From positions 176,602 to 240,601 of the forward strand of contig DATMMX010000012.1 in the NCBI GenBank assembly GCA_035569495.1: a stretch of 64,000 bases of DNA. The letters are read 5' to 3'. A program made the position numbers and the translations under genes. Position 1 is the stretch's first letter. The number at the start of each line of letters is the position of its first letter. The DNA comes from Candidatus Angelobacter sp. (GTDB lineage: Bacteria > Chloroflexota > Dormibacteria > Aeolococcales > Aeolococcaceae). Positions 55,246 through 64,000 of the stretch are shown one piece after another. The notes under the pieces are model-generated. The model had not been told where the DNA came from. It searched no databases and worked only from the letters and a program-made list of their open reading frames with translations.

Positions 55246-56970
55246 ATGACATCCGCGGCCCCGCGCCTGATCCGCGCCGACCTCCAGGCGCTGCGCAACC
55301 GTATTCGGCGCATGCCCGGCCGTCGCGTCGCGCTGCTGCTGGTGGGAATTCCACTGCTGGCGCTGGCCATCCTCGGCCCCGCGGCGGCGTTCGGCGCCAG
55401 CATCGGACCGCTCGGTCGGGACGCGGTGGTGGGCGTGCTCACCCTCGGCTTCACCACGCTGGGCATGGTCATGCTGGTGGTCGGGCTGTCGTCGGTGATG
55501 GTGTCGTTCTTCACGTCGCGCGACCTGCTGCTGCTCGCCGGCGCGCCCATCCGCGTCGTCGACATCTACGTCGCGCGGCTGCTCGTCGCGGCCCGCGCCA
55601 GTGCGCTGGTGGCGGGGCTGCTCTTCGCCTCGGTGATCGGCTACGGCATCTCCATCGGGGCGGGCGCGCTGTACTGGATCGCGGCACCGCTGGCCATCGT
55701 CTGCGTGGTGCTGTCGGTGACTGCGCTGCAGGTGGCCCTGCTCAGTGTCGTGGTGCGCGTCGTGCCCATGGCGCGCGCGCGCTCCCTGGTGAGCATCGTC
55801 GCCGCGGTGATGGGCAGCATCTTCTGGATGGCCTGGCTCTTCCTGCGCGGCGGCGACACCACCACCGCCGGCGACTCGCTCCTGCAGGGCGCCAGCGGAG
55901 CGGCGGGACTCGGTGAGTCGCTGGTGTGGCTGCCGACCGCATGGCCGGCGCGCGCGTTGGCGGGATTCGCCCGCGGCGACGCGGCCGCCCCGCTGTGGCT
56001 GCTGGTGACGCTCGCCGCCACCGCGGGCGCGCTGACCGTGGGCCACGCGGCGTTCGTGCCGTCGTTCCGTCGCGGGCTCAGCGCGCTCGGCGAGGTGCCG
56101 CGGCGATCGTCCACACCGCGGGTGTACACGTCCGTGCCGGCACCGCGCATGACCCCGGGACGCCCGCCGCTGCTGGCGCTGGTGCGCAAGGAGTGGGTGG
56201 TGATGCGCCGCGACTCGCGCCGGCTCGCCGCGCTGATCCCGCTCTGCGCCATCGCCGCGCTGTACCCGCTGCTCAGCGGCGCGGGACGCGGCGACGCCAC
56301 CGGCTTCTGGGACGCGGTGCTGCGCACCGGCAGTGTGTCGCTGATGCTGCCGTTCTTCTTCACCCAGGTGCTCGCCGGTCCGGCGGTGGCCATGGAGGGA
56401 CGCGGGTTCCTGCTGCTGCGGCTCGCCCCGATCAGCGTGGCCACGCTGCTGCGCGCCAAGGCGATCGCGGTGGCGGTGCCGATGGTGCTGGCCACGGCGG
56501 TGTCGACGCTGGTGCTCGGCGCCATCCACCACGGCGGCGCGCTGGACATGCTGGCGCTGCTGCTGATGGGCATATGGCTGGCCCTCGGCGCCACCGCCAT
56601 CGGCGTCAGCGGCGGCGCCATCGGGGCGCGCTTCGAGGCCGAGGACCCGCGCCGCGCGGTGAGCACCGGCGCCGCGATGGCGTCGACCGTCGCCTCGCTG
56701 GCGTTTCTCGGGCTCAGCGTGGTGGCGGCGCTGCAGCTCGTGCGCGCCACCGGGCTGGCCCCCGACGTGCACGTCATCGGCGACGGCGGGGGCGCCCAGG
56801 TTGCTGCCATGGTTGGCGGATTCATCTGCATCGCGCTCGCCGCCGGGCTGGTGCTGGGGATGCTCACCCTGGCCGAGCGGCGCCTGCAGGCGTGGCAGCC
56901 GGATGGCGGCCGCGCGCCCGCGCCGGAGCTTCGCTGGAACTCGCCGGCGCCGCCGCGCCCGGTTGGCTAG
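55246..56970 (+). CDS. ABC transporter permease, 574 aa, about 10-12 transmembrane helices
   Basis: ATG at 55246, 9 nt after the ATPase stop. Highly hydrophobic multi-pass protein with no recognisable specific family. The ORF from 54343 is an over-extension. Confidence 0.6.
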   Translation: MTSAAPRLIRADLQALRNRIRRMPGRRVALLLVGIPLLALAILGPAAAFGASIGPLGRDAVVGVLTLGFTTLGMVMLVVGLSSVMVSFFTSRDLLLLAGAPIRVVDIYVARLLVAARASALVAGLLFASVIGYGISIGAGALYWIAAPLAIVCVVLSVTALQVALLSVVVRVVPMARARSLVSIVAAVMGSIFWMAWLFLRGGDTTTAGDSLLQGASGAAGLGESLVWLPTAWPARALAGFARGDAAAPLWLLVTLAATAGALTVGHAAFVPSFRRGLSALGEVPRRSSTPRVYTSVPAPRMTPGRPPLLALVRKEWVVMRRDSRRLAALIPLCAIAALYPLLSGAGRGDATGFWDAVLRTGSVSLMLPFFFTQVLAGPAVAMEGRGFLLLRLAPISVATLLRAKAIAVAVPMVLATAVSTLVLGAIHHGGALDMLALLLMGIWLALGATAIGVSGGAIGARFEAEDPRRAVSTGAAMASTVASLAFLGLSVVAALQLVRATGLAPDVHVIGDGGGAQVAAMVGGFICIALAAGLVLGMLTLAERRLQAWQPDGGRAPAPELRWNSPAPPRPVG

Positions 56971-57950
56971 ACGACCAGCACCGCCGCGCCCTGCACGTCA
57001 CCGCGGCGCAGAGTGTCGAGTGCGGCGTTGGCGTCCTCCAGGGCGAAGGCGCGCACCTCGGTGTGCACGGGAATCCGCGGCGCCAGGGCGAGGAACTCGT
57101 GGCCGTCCTGGCGGGTCAGGTTGGCGATGGAGCGGAGCACGCGCTCGCCCCACAGCAGGTCATACGCGAACGACGGGATGTCGCTCATGTGGATGCCCGC
57201 ACACACCACCGTGCCACCGGGAGCGACGGCGCGCAGCGCGGCCGGGACCAGCTCACCCGCGGGCGCGAAGATGATGGCGACGTCGAGCGGCTCGGGGCCC
57301 GGCTGCATGGCGTCGCCGGCCCACTCCGCGCCGAGCTGCAGCGCGAATCGCTGTGACGCCTCGTCGTCCCTGCGGGTGAAGGCGAAGACGCGGCGTCCCT
57401 GGTGGCGCGCGACCTGGATGACGATGTGCGCGGAGGCACCGAAGCCGTAGAGGCCGAGGCGCGCGCCGTCGCCGGCGGCACGCAGCGCGCGGTAGCCGAT
57501 CAGGCCGGCGCAGAGCAGGGGGGCCGCCTGCAGGTCGGGGTAGCCGGGCGGGATGGGGAAGCAGTAGCGCTCGTCGCACACCGCGTACTCGGCGTAGCCG
57601 CCGTCGATGTCGTAGCCGGTGAAGCGCGCGTGCTCGCAGAGGTTCTCGCGTCCCGCCGTGCAGTAGCGGCAGGTGCCGTCCGTCCAGCCCAGCCACGGCA
57701 CGCCGACGCGGTCGCCGATCGCGTGCGCCGCCGCGCCGTCGCCGAGCTGCACCACGGTGCCGACGATCTGATGGCCGACCACCAGCGGCAGCTTGGGATG
57801 GGTCAGCTCGCCGTCGACGACGTGCAGGTCGGTGCGGCACAGCGCACACGCGTGCACGCGCAGCAGCACCTGTCCACGCTGCGCCTCGGGCTGCGGCGCA
57901 TCCGCGAAGCGCAGCGCGGTCCGCGGTGCGTCGAGGAGCATCGCGCGCAT
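56967..57950 (-). CDS. Zinc-dependent alcohol dehydrogenase (MDR family)
   Basis: 327 aa. Catalytic-Zn ligands (CALCRTDLHVVDGE...GHQIVG), structural-Zn Cys cluster (CRYCTAGRENLC), and Rossmann GFGASAH. Confidence 0.85.
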   Translation of the reverse strand: MRAMLLDAPRTALRFADAPQPEAQRGQVLLRVHACALCRTDLHVVDGELTHPKLPLVVGHQIVGTVVQLGDGAAAHAIGDRVGVPWLGWTDGTCRYCTAGRENLCEHARFTGYDIDGGYAEYAVCDERYCFPIPPGYPDLQAAPLLCAGLIGYRALRAAGDGARLGLYGFGASAHIVIQVARHQGRRVFAFTRRDDEASQRFALQLGAEWAGDAMQPGPEPLDVAIIFAPAGELVPAALRAVAPGGTVVCAGIHMSDIPSFAYDLLWGERVLRSIANLTRQDGHEFLALAPRIPVHTEVRAFALEDANAALDTLRRGDVQGAAVLVV

Positions 57951-57954
57951 GCCG

Positions 57955-59817
57955 TCAGCGCACCGCGCGCACGCCCATCTCCCGGTGGCGCAGCCGCTCG
58001 ATGTTGACCGCGGCGCCGACCAGGGCGAGATGGGTGAACGCCTGGGGGAAGTTGCCGAGCAGCTCGCCGGTGCGGCCGTCCGCTTCCTCGGCGAGCAGTC
58101 CGCAGGTCGCCTGGAAGCTGCTCACCTGCTCGAAGAGCCGCTCCGCGTCTTCGAGGCGGCCGAGGTGCGCGTAGGCGTCGACCAACCAGTAGGAGCACAT
58201 CAGGAAGGCGCCCTCGTCGCCGGGGACGCCGTCGCTGGACTCGCGGAGGTAGCGGCGGATCAGGACGCCTTCGCGCAGGCCGGCGGCGATGGCGTCGATG
58301 GTGCTCACCATGCGCGCGTCGCGCATGGGCAGGAAGCGCACCTGGGCCATGCGCAGCAGGGAGGCGTCGAGCGTGTCGCCGCCGAGGGTCTGGGTGAAGG
58401 CGTTGAGCTTCCTGTTGAACCCGTCGCGCATGACCCGGCGGTGGATGCGCATCCGCGCCTGGCGCCAGCGCTCGCTGTCGTGGGGCAGGCCGTAGCGCTC
58501 GGCGAGGCGCAGCCCGCGGTCGACCGCCACCCAGCACATCACCTTGCTGTAGGTGAAGTGCCGCTCGCCGCCGCGCACCTCCCAGATCGACGAGTCCGGC
58601 TCCTCCCAGCGCGCGATGGCCAGCTCGACGATGGCGCGCAGGTCCTGCCAGAGGTCGCCGCGGACGTCGCCACCGACCTCGCCGCCGAAACGCGCGTAGA
58701 GGTAGGCGCTGTCGAGAACTTCGCCGTACACGTCGAGCTGGAGCTGGCGCGCCGCGCCGTTGCCGATGCGCACCGGGCGCGAGCCGCGATAGCCCTCGAG
58801 GTGGTCGAGGACGACCTCGTGGGGATTGCGGTGGCCGTCGAGGGTGTAGAGGTTGTCGATGGTGGGGTGATGGTTGCCGCCGATGCCGATGCGCGTCAGC
58901 CAGGCGAAGAAGTGGTGCGCCTCCTCGGTGAGCCCGAGCTGGAAGAACGCGTACAGCGTGAACGACGCGTCGCGCAGCCAGGTGAAGCGGTAGTCCCAGT
59001 TGCGCGTGCCGCCGATCTGCTCGGGGATGCTGGTGGTCGGTGCGGCGATGATCGCGCCGGTGGGCGAGTAGGTCATCAGCTTCAGCGCCAGCGCCGAACG
59101 CCACACCAGCTCCTGGTACGGGCCGTCGTAGCGCACCTGCCCGATCCACTTCCACCAGTACTCCCGCGTCTCGCGGAGCAGCACACGCGCGCGCTCGACG
59201 CTCCAGGGCTGATCGTCGTCGCAGTCCTCGCTCTCGCTGGTGACCATGGCGAAGGCGATGGCGTCGCCGGCGCGGAGGGTGAGCGTCTGGCGCGGGCCGT
59301 CCATGTCGCAGGAGGCGCGGATGCAGATGTGCAGCGGGCCGGCGTCGGCGTGCAGCCGTCCGTTGTGGGAGGCGAAGGGCACCATTCCGTCGCGCGCGTA
59401 GTCGGGCGCGGGCATCATGTCGTTGTGGATCACCACCTCGCCGGTGAGACACTCCAGCAGGCGGACCACGCGCGGATGGCGGTGCGGCCTGGCCTCGTGT
59501 TCCATGCTGTCGCGATGCAGCGGCATGAAGTCGGTGAGCGTGGCCCTGCCGGTGCGGGTGACGTAGGTGGTGTAGAGCAGGTTGGTGCGGTCGCGATAAC
59601 GTGGCGACACCCGGTACGGACCGCGCGGGGCTATCTGCCAGTAGCCGCCCCGGTTGGCGTCGAGGATGCGGCCGAAGATCGAGGCGTCGTCGAAGCGGGG
59701 CAGGCAGAGCCAGTCGATGCTGCCGTCCTGGCTGACCAGCGCGGCGCTGCGGCAGTCGCCGATCACCCCGTAGCCGGCGATGGGCAGGTAGCCGTCGAGG
59801 CGCTCCAGCGGTATCAA
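57955..59817 (-). CDS. Glycoside hydrolase family 15 (glucoamylase / trehalase-like)
   Basis: Probable TTG start at 59817, overlapping the hisI stop (GTTGA), with an upstream GGGAGA. N-terminus [29 protein letters not shown]. Catalytic-region motifs [10 protein letters not shown] and [13 protein letters not shown] are typical of GH15. Confidence 0.8.
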   Translation of the reverse strand: MIPLERLDGYLPIAGYGVIGDCRSAALVSQDGSIDWLCLPRFDDASIFGRILDANRGGYWQIAPRGPYRVSPRYRDRTNLLYTTYVTRTGRATLTDFMPLHRDSMEHEARPHRHPRVVRLLECLTGEVVIHNDMMPAPDYARDGMVPFASHNGRLHADAGPLHICIRASCDMDGPRQTLTLRAGDAIAFAMVTSESEDCDDDQPWSVERARVLLRETREYWWKWIGQVRYDGPYQELVWRSALALKLMTYSPTGAIIAAPTTSIPEQIGGTRNWDYRFTWLRDASFTLYAFFQLGLTEEAHHFFAWLTRIGIGGNHHPTIDNLYTLDGHRNPHEVVLDHLEGYRGSRPVRIGNGAARQLQLDVYGEVLDSAYLYARFGGEVGGDVRGDLWQDLRAIVELAIARWEEPDSSIWEVRGGERHFTYSKVMCWVAVDRGLRLAERYGLPHDSERWRQARMRIHRRVMRDGFNRKLNAFTQTLGGDTLDASLLRMAQVRFLPMRDARMVSTIDAIAAGLREGVLIRRYLRESSDGVPGDEGAFLMCSYWLVDAYAHLGRLEDAERLFEQVSSFQATCGLLAEEADGRTGELLGNFPQAFTHLALVGAAVNIERLRHREMGVRAVR

Positions 59818-60176
59818 CCCGCCGGGTCTCCCTGCTCGGTTGGTGCGGGGACGTCTTCGAAGAAACACGTTGTGCTGCCGGTGTGGCACGCGGGGCCGGA
59901 GGGGTCGACGAGCAGCAGCACCGTGTCGCGATCGCAGTCGAGACGGACGGCGCGGACGTGCATGGTGTTGCCGCTGGTGGCGCCCTTCTCCCAGAGCTCC
60001 TGGCGGCTGCGGCTCCAGAAGGTGGCCCTGCCGGTGAGCAGCGTCGCCCGCCACGCCTCGCGGTTCATGTAGGCCAGGGTGAGCACCGCGTGGGTGGTGG
60101 CGTCCTGCGCGATCGCGGGCACCAGACCCTGCGCGTCGAAATGCGGCTCCGGCGGCGGCGCGCTGACGTCGCTCAT
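59814..60176 (-). CDS. hisI: Phosphoribosyl-AMP cyclohydrolase
   Basis: About 120 aa from [42 protein letters not shown]...CHTGSTTCF. Confidence 0.9.
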   Translation of the reverse strand: MSDVSAPPPEPHFDAQGLVPAIAQDATTHAVLTLAYMNREAWRATLLTGRATFWSRSRQELWEKGATSGNTMHVRAVRLDCDRDTVLLLVDPSGPACHTGSTTCFFEDVPAPTEQGDPAG

Positions 60177-60715
60177 CGCGAACCCACCGTCCCCCGCGCA
60201 AAGATCCTTCTCCACCACGGCGGCCGCCCCCCCGGGTGCACCTCGCCGTAGAGCAGGTCCCAGGTCTTCCTGAACGCCGCATTGGCCGCACCGCGGCTGC
60301 CCGCCGTCCACTCCGCCAGGCCGAGGTTGTACTGCACGGTCGGATCCGCAGCATCCAGCTCCGCCGCCCGCCGCGCCTCGGCGAGCCCCTGCTCGCGCTC
60401 CCCCTTCTGCACCAGCAGCGTCGCCAGCGTGGTGTGCGCCCGCGCCGAGTCCGGGTTGAACTCCAGCGCCCGCCGCACGTCGCGCTCGGCGTCGTCGTTG
60501 TTGCCCTGGGTGGCCAGAACCGAGGCGTGGAGCAGGTGCATGTCGGCGTCGCCCGGCCTGTCCGCCAGCATGGCGTCGGCGCGCTGCTTGGCATCCGGCG
60601 CGTTGAGGTCGAACCCGTAGCGATCGCGCATCCGCTGCTGCCCCCGCTGCCACAGCGGCAGCCGCAGCCGCGCCGCCGTCGGGGGAATCCGCACCGGCGT
60701 GCGCGTGGTGGTCAC
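60173..60715 (-). CDS. TPR-repeat protein inserted between hisF and hisI
   Basis: 180 aa with three TPR-like repeats ([64 protein letters not shown]). Translationally coupled at both ends. Confidence 0.6.
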   Translation of the reverse strand: MTTTRTPVRIPPTAARLRLPLWQRGQQRMRDRYGFDLNAPDAKQRADAMLADRPGDADMHLLHASVLATQGNNDDAERDVRRALEFNPDSARAHTTLATLLVQKGEREQGLAEARRAAELDAADPTVQYNLGLAEWTAGSRGAANAAFRKTWDLLYGEVHPGGRPPWWRRIFARGTVGSR

Positions 60716-61470
60716 AGCCGCACCGGGACTCCGGCGTCGCGCAGGTACTGCTTGGTGCGCGGCACGGGATGGGCTTCGAAGTGGAAGATCGACGCCGCCA
60801 GCGCCGCGTCGGCGTGGCCATCGGTGAGCACCTCGCGCAGGTGCTCCGGGCCGCCCGCCCCGCCGCTGGCGATCACCGGCACGGCGACGGCGTCGGCCAC
60901 CGCGCGGGTCAGCGCGATGTCGTACCCGATCCCGGTGCCGTCGCGGTCCATGCTGGTCAGCAATATCTCACCCGCGCCGCGCTCTGTCGCCTCGCGCGCC
61001 CACTCCACGGCGTCGCGCCCGGCGGGATGGCGCCCGCCGTGGGTGTGGACGCCCCACCCGTCGCCCTCCCGGCGCGCGTCGACCGCGACCACGATGCACT
61101 GCTCGCCGAAGCGCTCGGCGCCGCGGGTGATCAGCGCTGGATCCTGCAACGCCGAGGTGTTCAGCGACACCTTGTCGGCGCCCGCGCGCAGCAGCGCCTC
61201 CATGTCGTCGAGGCTGCGGATGCCGCCGCCGACGGTGAGCGGGATGAACACGCTGTCGGCGGTGCGCCGGACCGCGTCGAGGAGGATCGGCCGGGTCTCG
61301 TGCGACGCCGTGATGTCGAGGAAGACCAGCTCGTCGGCGAGGTCCTGGTTGTAGCGCGCGGCCAGCTCGGCGGGGTCACCGGCATCGCGCAGGTCGACGA
61401 ACTGGGTGCCCTTGACGACGCGCCCGTTGTCCACGTCGAGGCAGGGGATGACGCGCCGGGCCAGGGTCAT
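60712..61470 (-). CDS. hisF: Imidazole glycerol phosphate synthase, cyclase subunit
   Basis: Internal start [21 protein letters not shown]...[11 protein letters not shown]...SGGAG. The ORF to 61929 is an over-extension. Confidence 0.95.
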   Translation of the reverse strand: MTLARRVIPCLDVDNGRVVKGTQFVDLRDAGDPAELAARYNQDLADELVFLDITASHETRPILLDAVRRTADSVFIPLTVGGGIRSLDDMEALLRAGADKVSLNTSALQDPALITRGAERFGEQCIVVAVDARREGDGWGVHTHGGRHPAGRDAVEWAREATERGAGEILLTSMDRDGTGIGYDIALTRAVADAVAVPVIASGGAGGPEHLREVLTDGHADAALAASIFHFEAHPVPRTKQYLRDAGVPVRL

Positions 61471-62213
61471 GCCGGCTCGGACTCCGCGGCCGCGCCGAAC
61501 CGCTGCAGGGCTTCGGAGAGGTCGAGACGCCCCTCGTACAGCGCGCGCCCGACGATGGCGCCGGAGGCTCCGGCGGCGGCGCAGGCGTCGAGGTCGGCGA
61601 TGGTGGCGACGCCGCCGCTGGCGATCACGTCGCCCTGGTAGGCGGCGATGGTGCTGCGCAGGCCGTCGACGTCGGGCCCGAGCAGCGCCCCGTCGCGACC
61701 CACGTCGGTGCGGATCACGCCCGCGGCGGGCCATTGGCGCCAGCGCTGGAGGTGCTCGCGCGCGTCGCCCGCGGCCTCGGTCCAGCCCTGCGCCTGGGCG
61801 ACGTCGCCGCGCACGTCGAGGCCGAGCAGGACGTGTCCCGGATGGGCGCGGCAGATCTCCTCGGCCGCCCCCGGGTCGCGCAGCGCCAGCGAGCCGAGCA
61901 CGATGTAGCCGGCGCCCGCGTCGAGCCACGACGCCGCCGCCTGGGCGCTGCGCACTCCGCCGCCGACCTGCACGGTGATGCCCATGTCCTTCAGTGTGCG
62001 CACCGCGGCCCGGACGGCGTCGCGGGAGAGCACGTCGGGCTGCCCGCGGGCGGCGTCGAGGTCGACGATGTGCACCCTGGCGGCGCCGCGGCGGACGAAA
62101 CCGATGGCCTGCTGGGTGGGGTCGTCGGAGTACACGGTCTCCTGCGCGTAGTCGCCGCGGAGCAGGCGCACGCAGCGGCCGCCGCGCACGTCGACGGCGG
62201 GGATGACGATCAT
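61467..62213 (-). CDS. hisA: Phosphoribosylformimino-5-aminoimidazole carboxamide ribotide isomerase
   Basis: Internal start [22 protein letters not shown]...VQVGGGVRS. The ORF to 63383 is an over-extension. Confidence 0.9.
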   Translation of the reverse strand: MIVIPAVDVRGGRCVRLLRGDYAQETVYSDDPTQQAIGFVRRGAARVHIVDLDAARGQPDVLSRDAVRAAVRTLKDMGITVQVGGGVRSAQAAASWLDAGAGYIVLGSLALRDPGAAEEICRAHPGHVLLGLDVRGDVAQAQGWTEAAGDAREHLQRWRQWPAAGVIRTDVGRDGALLGPDVDGLRSTIAAYQGDVIASGGVATIADLDACAAAGASGAIVGRALYEGRLDLSEALQRFGAAAESEPA

Positions 62214-62863
62214 CTGGCCGCCGCGTCTGCGGCGCGCGCGCACACCGCCACGAAGTTTGCGTAGATGCGCAATCCGTTGGCGGCGCTCTTCTCCGGGTGG
62301 AACTGCGTGCTCCACACGTTGCCCTGCACGCAGATGGCCACCACCGGGCCGCCGTAGTCGGTGGTGGCGACCACCGCGTCCGTGGCGGTGGTGTCCGGAG
62401 TGGCGGCGTAGGAGTGCACGAAGTACGTGTAGGCGCCGTCCTCGATGCCCTCGGTCAGCGCCGTGGTCCTGGCGAGCTGGAGCTGGTTCCAGCCCATGTG
62501 GGGCACCTTGCCGCGCTCCGGCCCGAGCCGGACGATGCGGCCGGGGAGCAGGCCGAGGCCGCGACGGCCGCCGTTCTCGTCGCTGTGCTCGAAGAGGAGC
62601 TGGTGGCCGAGGCAGACGCCGAGCAGTGGGGTGCCGCTGCGCGCGATGTCCTTGACCACCTCGCCGAGTCCCGTGTCGTCGAGCGCGTCGGCGGCGGCGC
62701 CGAATGCGCCCACCCCGGGCAGCACCACACCCGTGCAGCCGCGCATGGTGTCCGCGTCGCCGGTGAGCACCACCTCGGCGCCCGCGTGGAGCAGGGCGCG
62801 CTCGACGCTGCGCAGGTTGCCGACGCCGTAGTCGCAGATGGCGACGCGCGGGCCGGGCATCAC
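62210..62863 (-). CDS. hisH: Imidazole glycerol phosphate synthase, glutamine amidotransferase subunit
   Basis: 217 aa. Catalytic triad context GVCLGHQ...FHPE. Confidence 0.9.
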   Translation of the reverse strand: MMPGPRVAICDYGVGNLRSVERALLHAGAEVVLTGDADTMRGCTGVVLPGVGAFGAAADALDDTGLGEVVKDIARSGTPLLGVCLGHQLLFEHSDENGGRRGLGLLPGRIVRLGPERGKVPHMGWNQLQLARTTALTEGIEDGAYTYFVHSYAATPDTTATDAVVATTDYGGPVVAICVQGNVWSTQFHPEKSAANGLRIYANFVAVCARAADAAAR

Positions 62864-63453
62864 AGCACCCCCTTGGTCGACGGCACCCCTCCGCCGACGT
62901 GGGCCAGCGCGTCGCGGGTGGCCAGGCCGAGCGCCTTGAAGGCCGCCTCGGCGATGTGGTGCAGGTTCTCGCCGCGGATGTAGTCCATGTGCAGGGAGAT
63001 GCCGGCGGTTTGCGCCAGGGCGCGCACGAACTCACCGAGCAGCTGGACGTCGAAGTCGTTGATGCGCCCGCGCAGGGCGTCCATCTCGTAGACGACGTAG
63101 GGACGGTTGCTGAAGTCGAGGACGGCGCGCACCAGCGACTCGTCGAGCGGCGCGTAGGCGTGGCCGAAGCGGCGGATGCCGGCGCGGTCGCCGAGCGCCT
63201 CGCTGATGGCGGCGCCGAGGACCAGGCCGACGTCCTCGACCAGGTGATGGGCGTCGACGTCGACGTCGCCGCTGCCGTGCAGGGTGACGTCCATGCCGCT
63301 GTACTTGGTGAACGCCTCCAGCATGTGCCGCAGGAACGGCAGCGGGACCTCGATGTCGGCGCGACCGCTGCCGTCGACGGCAACGGTGGCGCTGATCTGC
63401 GTCTCCTTGGTCCTGCGCTCGCGGGTCGCGCTGCGGCTTCCGGTGGTGCTCAT
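62860..63453 (-). CDS. hisB: Imidazoleglycerol-phosphate dehydratase
   Basis: 197 aa. RTKETQISATV...DxHHxxED motifs. Confidence 0.9.
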   Translation of the reverse strand: MSTTGSRSATRERRTKETQISATVAVDGSGRADIEVPLPFLRHMLEAFTKYSGMDVTLHGSGDVDVDAHHLVEDVGLVLGAAISEALGDRAGIRRFGHAYAPLDESLVRAVLDFSNRPYVVYEMDALRGRINDFDVQLLGEFVRALAQTAGISLHMDYIRGENLHHIAEAAFKALGLATRDALAHVGGGVPSTKGVL

Positions 63454-64000
63454 GCGGGCGTCCTGGTGCTGAGTCGCAGGCGGATCGACTCGGTGTGTCC
63501 GTGCAGCCCTTCGGCTTCGGCGAGCGTGCAGGCGTCGGGGCCGAGCTGCTCCATGTCCGCAGCGCTCAGCCGGGTGACGCTCGACCAGCGCACGAAGTCC
63601 ATCACCGACAGCGGACCGCTGAAGCGCGCGGCTCCGCCGGTGGGCAGCGTGTGGTTAGGCCCGGCGATGTAGTCGCCCATCGGTACCGGCGAGTTGGCGC
63701 CGACGAAGATGGCGCCGGCGCAGCGGACGCGGCCGGCGAGCGCCTCCGCCGTGGTGCCCTGCAGCTCCAGGTGCTCGGGGGCGAAGTCGTCGGTGAGCTG
63801 CAGCGCCTCCTCCATGTCGCGGCACACGACGACCATGCCGTGGCGTCCCGCGGCGGATTCGACGATGCCGGCGCGCTGCGCGGACTCGGCCGCGTGCGCG
63901 AACTCCTGCTGCACTGCGGCCGCGAGCGTCTCGCTGTCGGTGATGCACACGGCCCAGGCGAGCGGGTCGTGTTCCAGCTGCGAGACGAGGTCGGCAGCCA
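63450..64000 (-). CDS. hisD: Histidinol dehydrogenase; C-terminal part only, 5' end lies beyond the window
   Basis: C-terminal HisD sequence (...FVGANSPVPMGDYIAGPNHTLPTGGAARFSGPLSV...). Stop at 63450..63452. Confidence 0.85.
   Translation of the reverse strand, partial: AADLVSQLEHDPLAWAVCITDSETLAAAVQQEFAHAAESAQRAGIVESAAGRHGMVVVCRDMEEALQLTDDFAPEHLELQGTTAEALAGRVRCAGAIFVGANSPVPMGDYIAGPNHTLPTGGAARFSGPLSVMDFVRWSSVTRLSAADMEQLGPDACTLAEAEGLHGHTESIRLRLSTRTPA

Noticed and set aside
57793-60072. 759-aa + strand ORF
   Set aside because: Antisense to the alcohol dehydrogenase, GH15 and hisI genes.

Overview
This is a roughly 70% GC bacterial chromosome segment with an Actinobacteria-like gene order. The phylum guess is inference only. 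All coordinates are hand-derived from the ORF track and may be off by a few nucleotides. Most genes are on the minus strand, and the GC-rich antisense strand produces many long spurious ORFs. Housekeeping content: a partial GH63 glycosidase, an S9 peptidase, an M48 protease, a Liv-type branched-chain amino-acid ABC transporter with a fused LivM-LivG protein, serS, lysS, greA, dus, coaX, an argC-J-B-D-R-G-H operon with an ARG-box-like palindrome in its promoter, and a hisD-B-H-A-F-(TPR)-I-GH15 cluster. Between degV (about 22.7 kb) and argH (about 43.4 kb) lies an accessory block of about 20 kb with no integrase or transposase. That block carries two giant secreted beta-helix surface proteins; one has 6 near-identical 141-bp tandem repeats and the other about 18-20 Ig-like 264-bp tandem repeats. 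It also carries an operon-like run of GNAT, a small ORF and three paralogous tail-collar (MdpB-like) proteins. Divergent from that operon is a 1699-aa FG-GAP/RHS polymorphic toxin. Its C-terminal tip after the DPxGL boundary drops to about 58% GC, and a putative immunity gene follows. Other notable items are a candidate sRNA of about 85 nt upstream of greA with a consensus promoter and an intrinsic terminator, a MarR-toastrack fusion regulator with operator palindromes between two ABC exporter loci, and a small cluster that may encode lipid-modifying enzymes.
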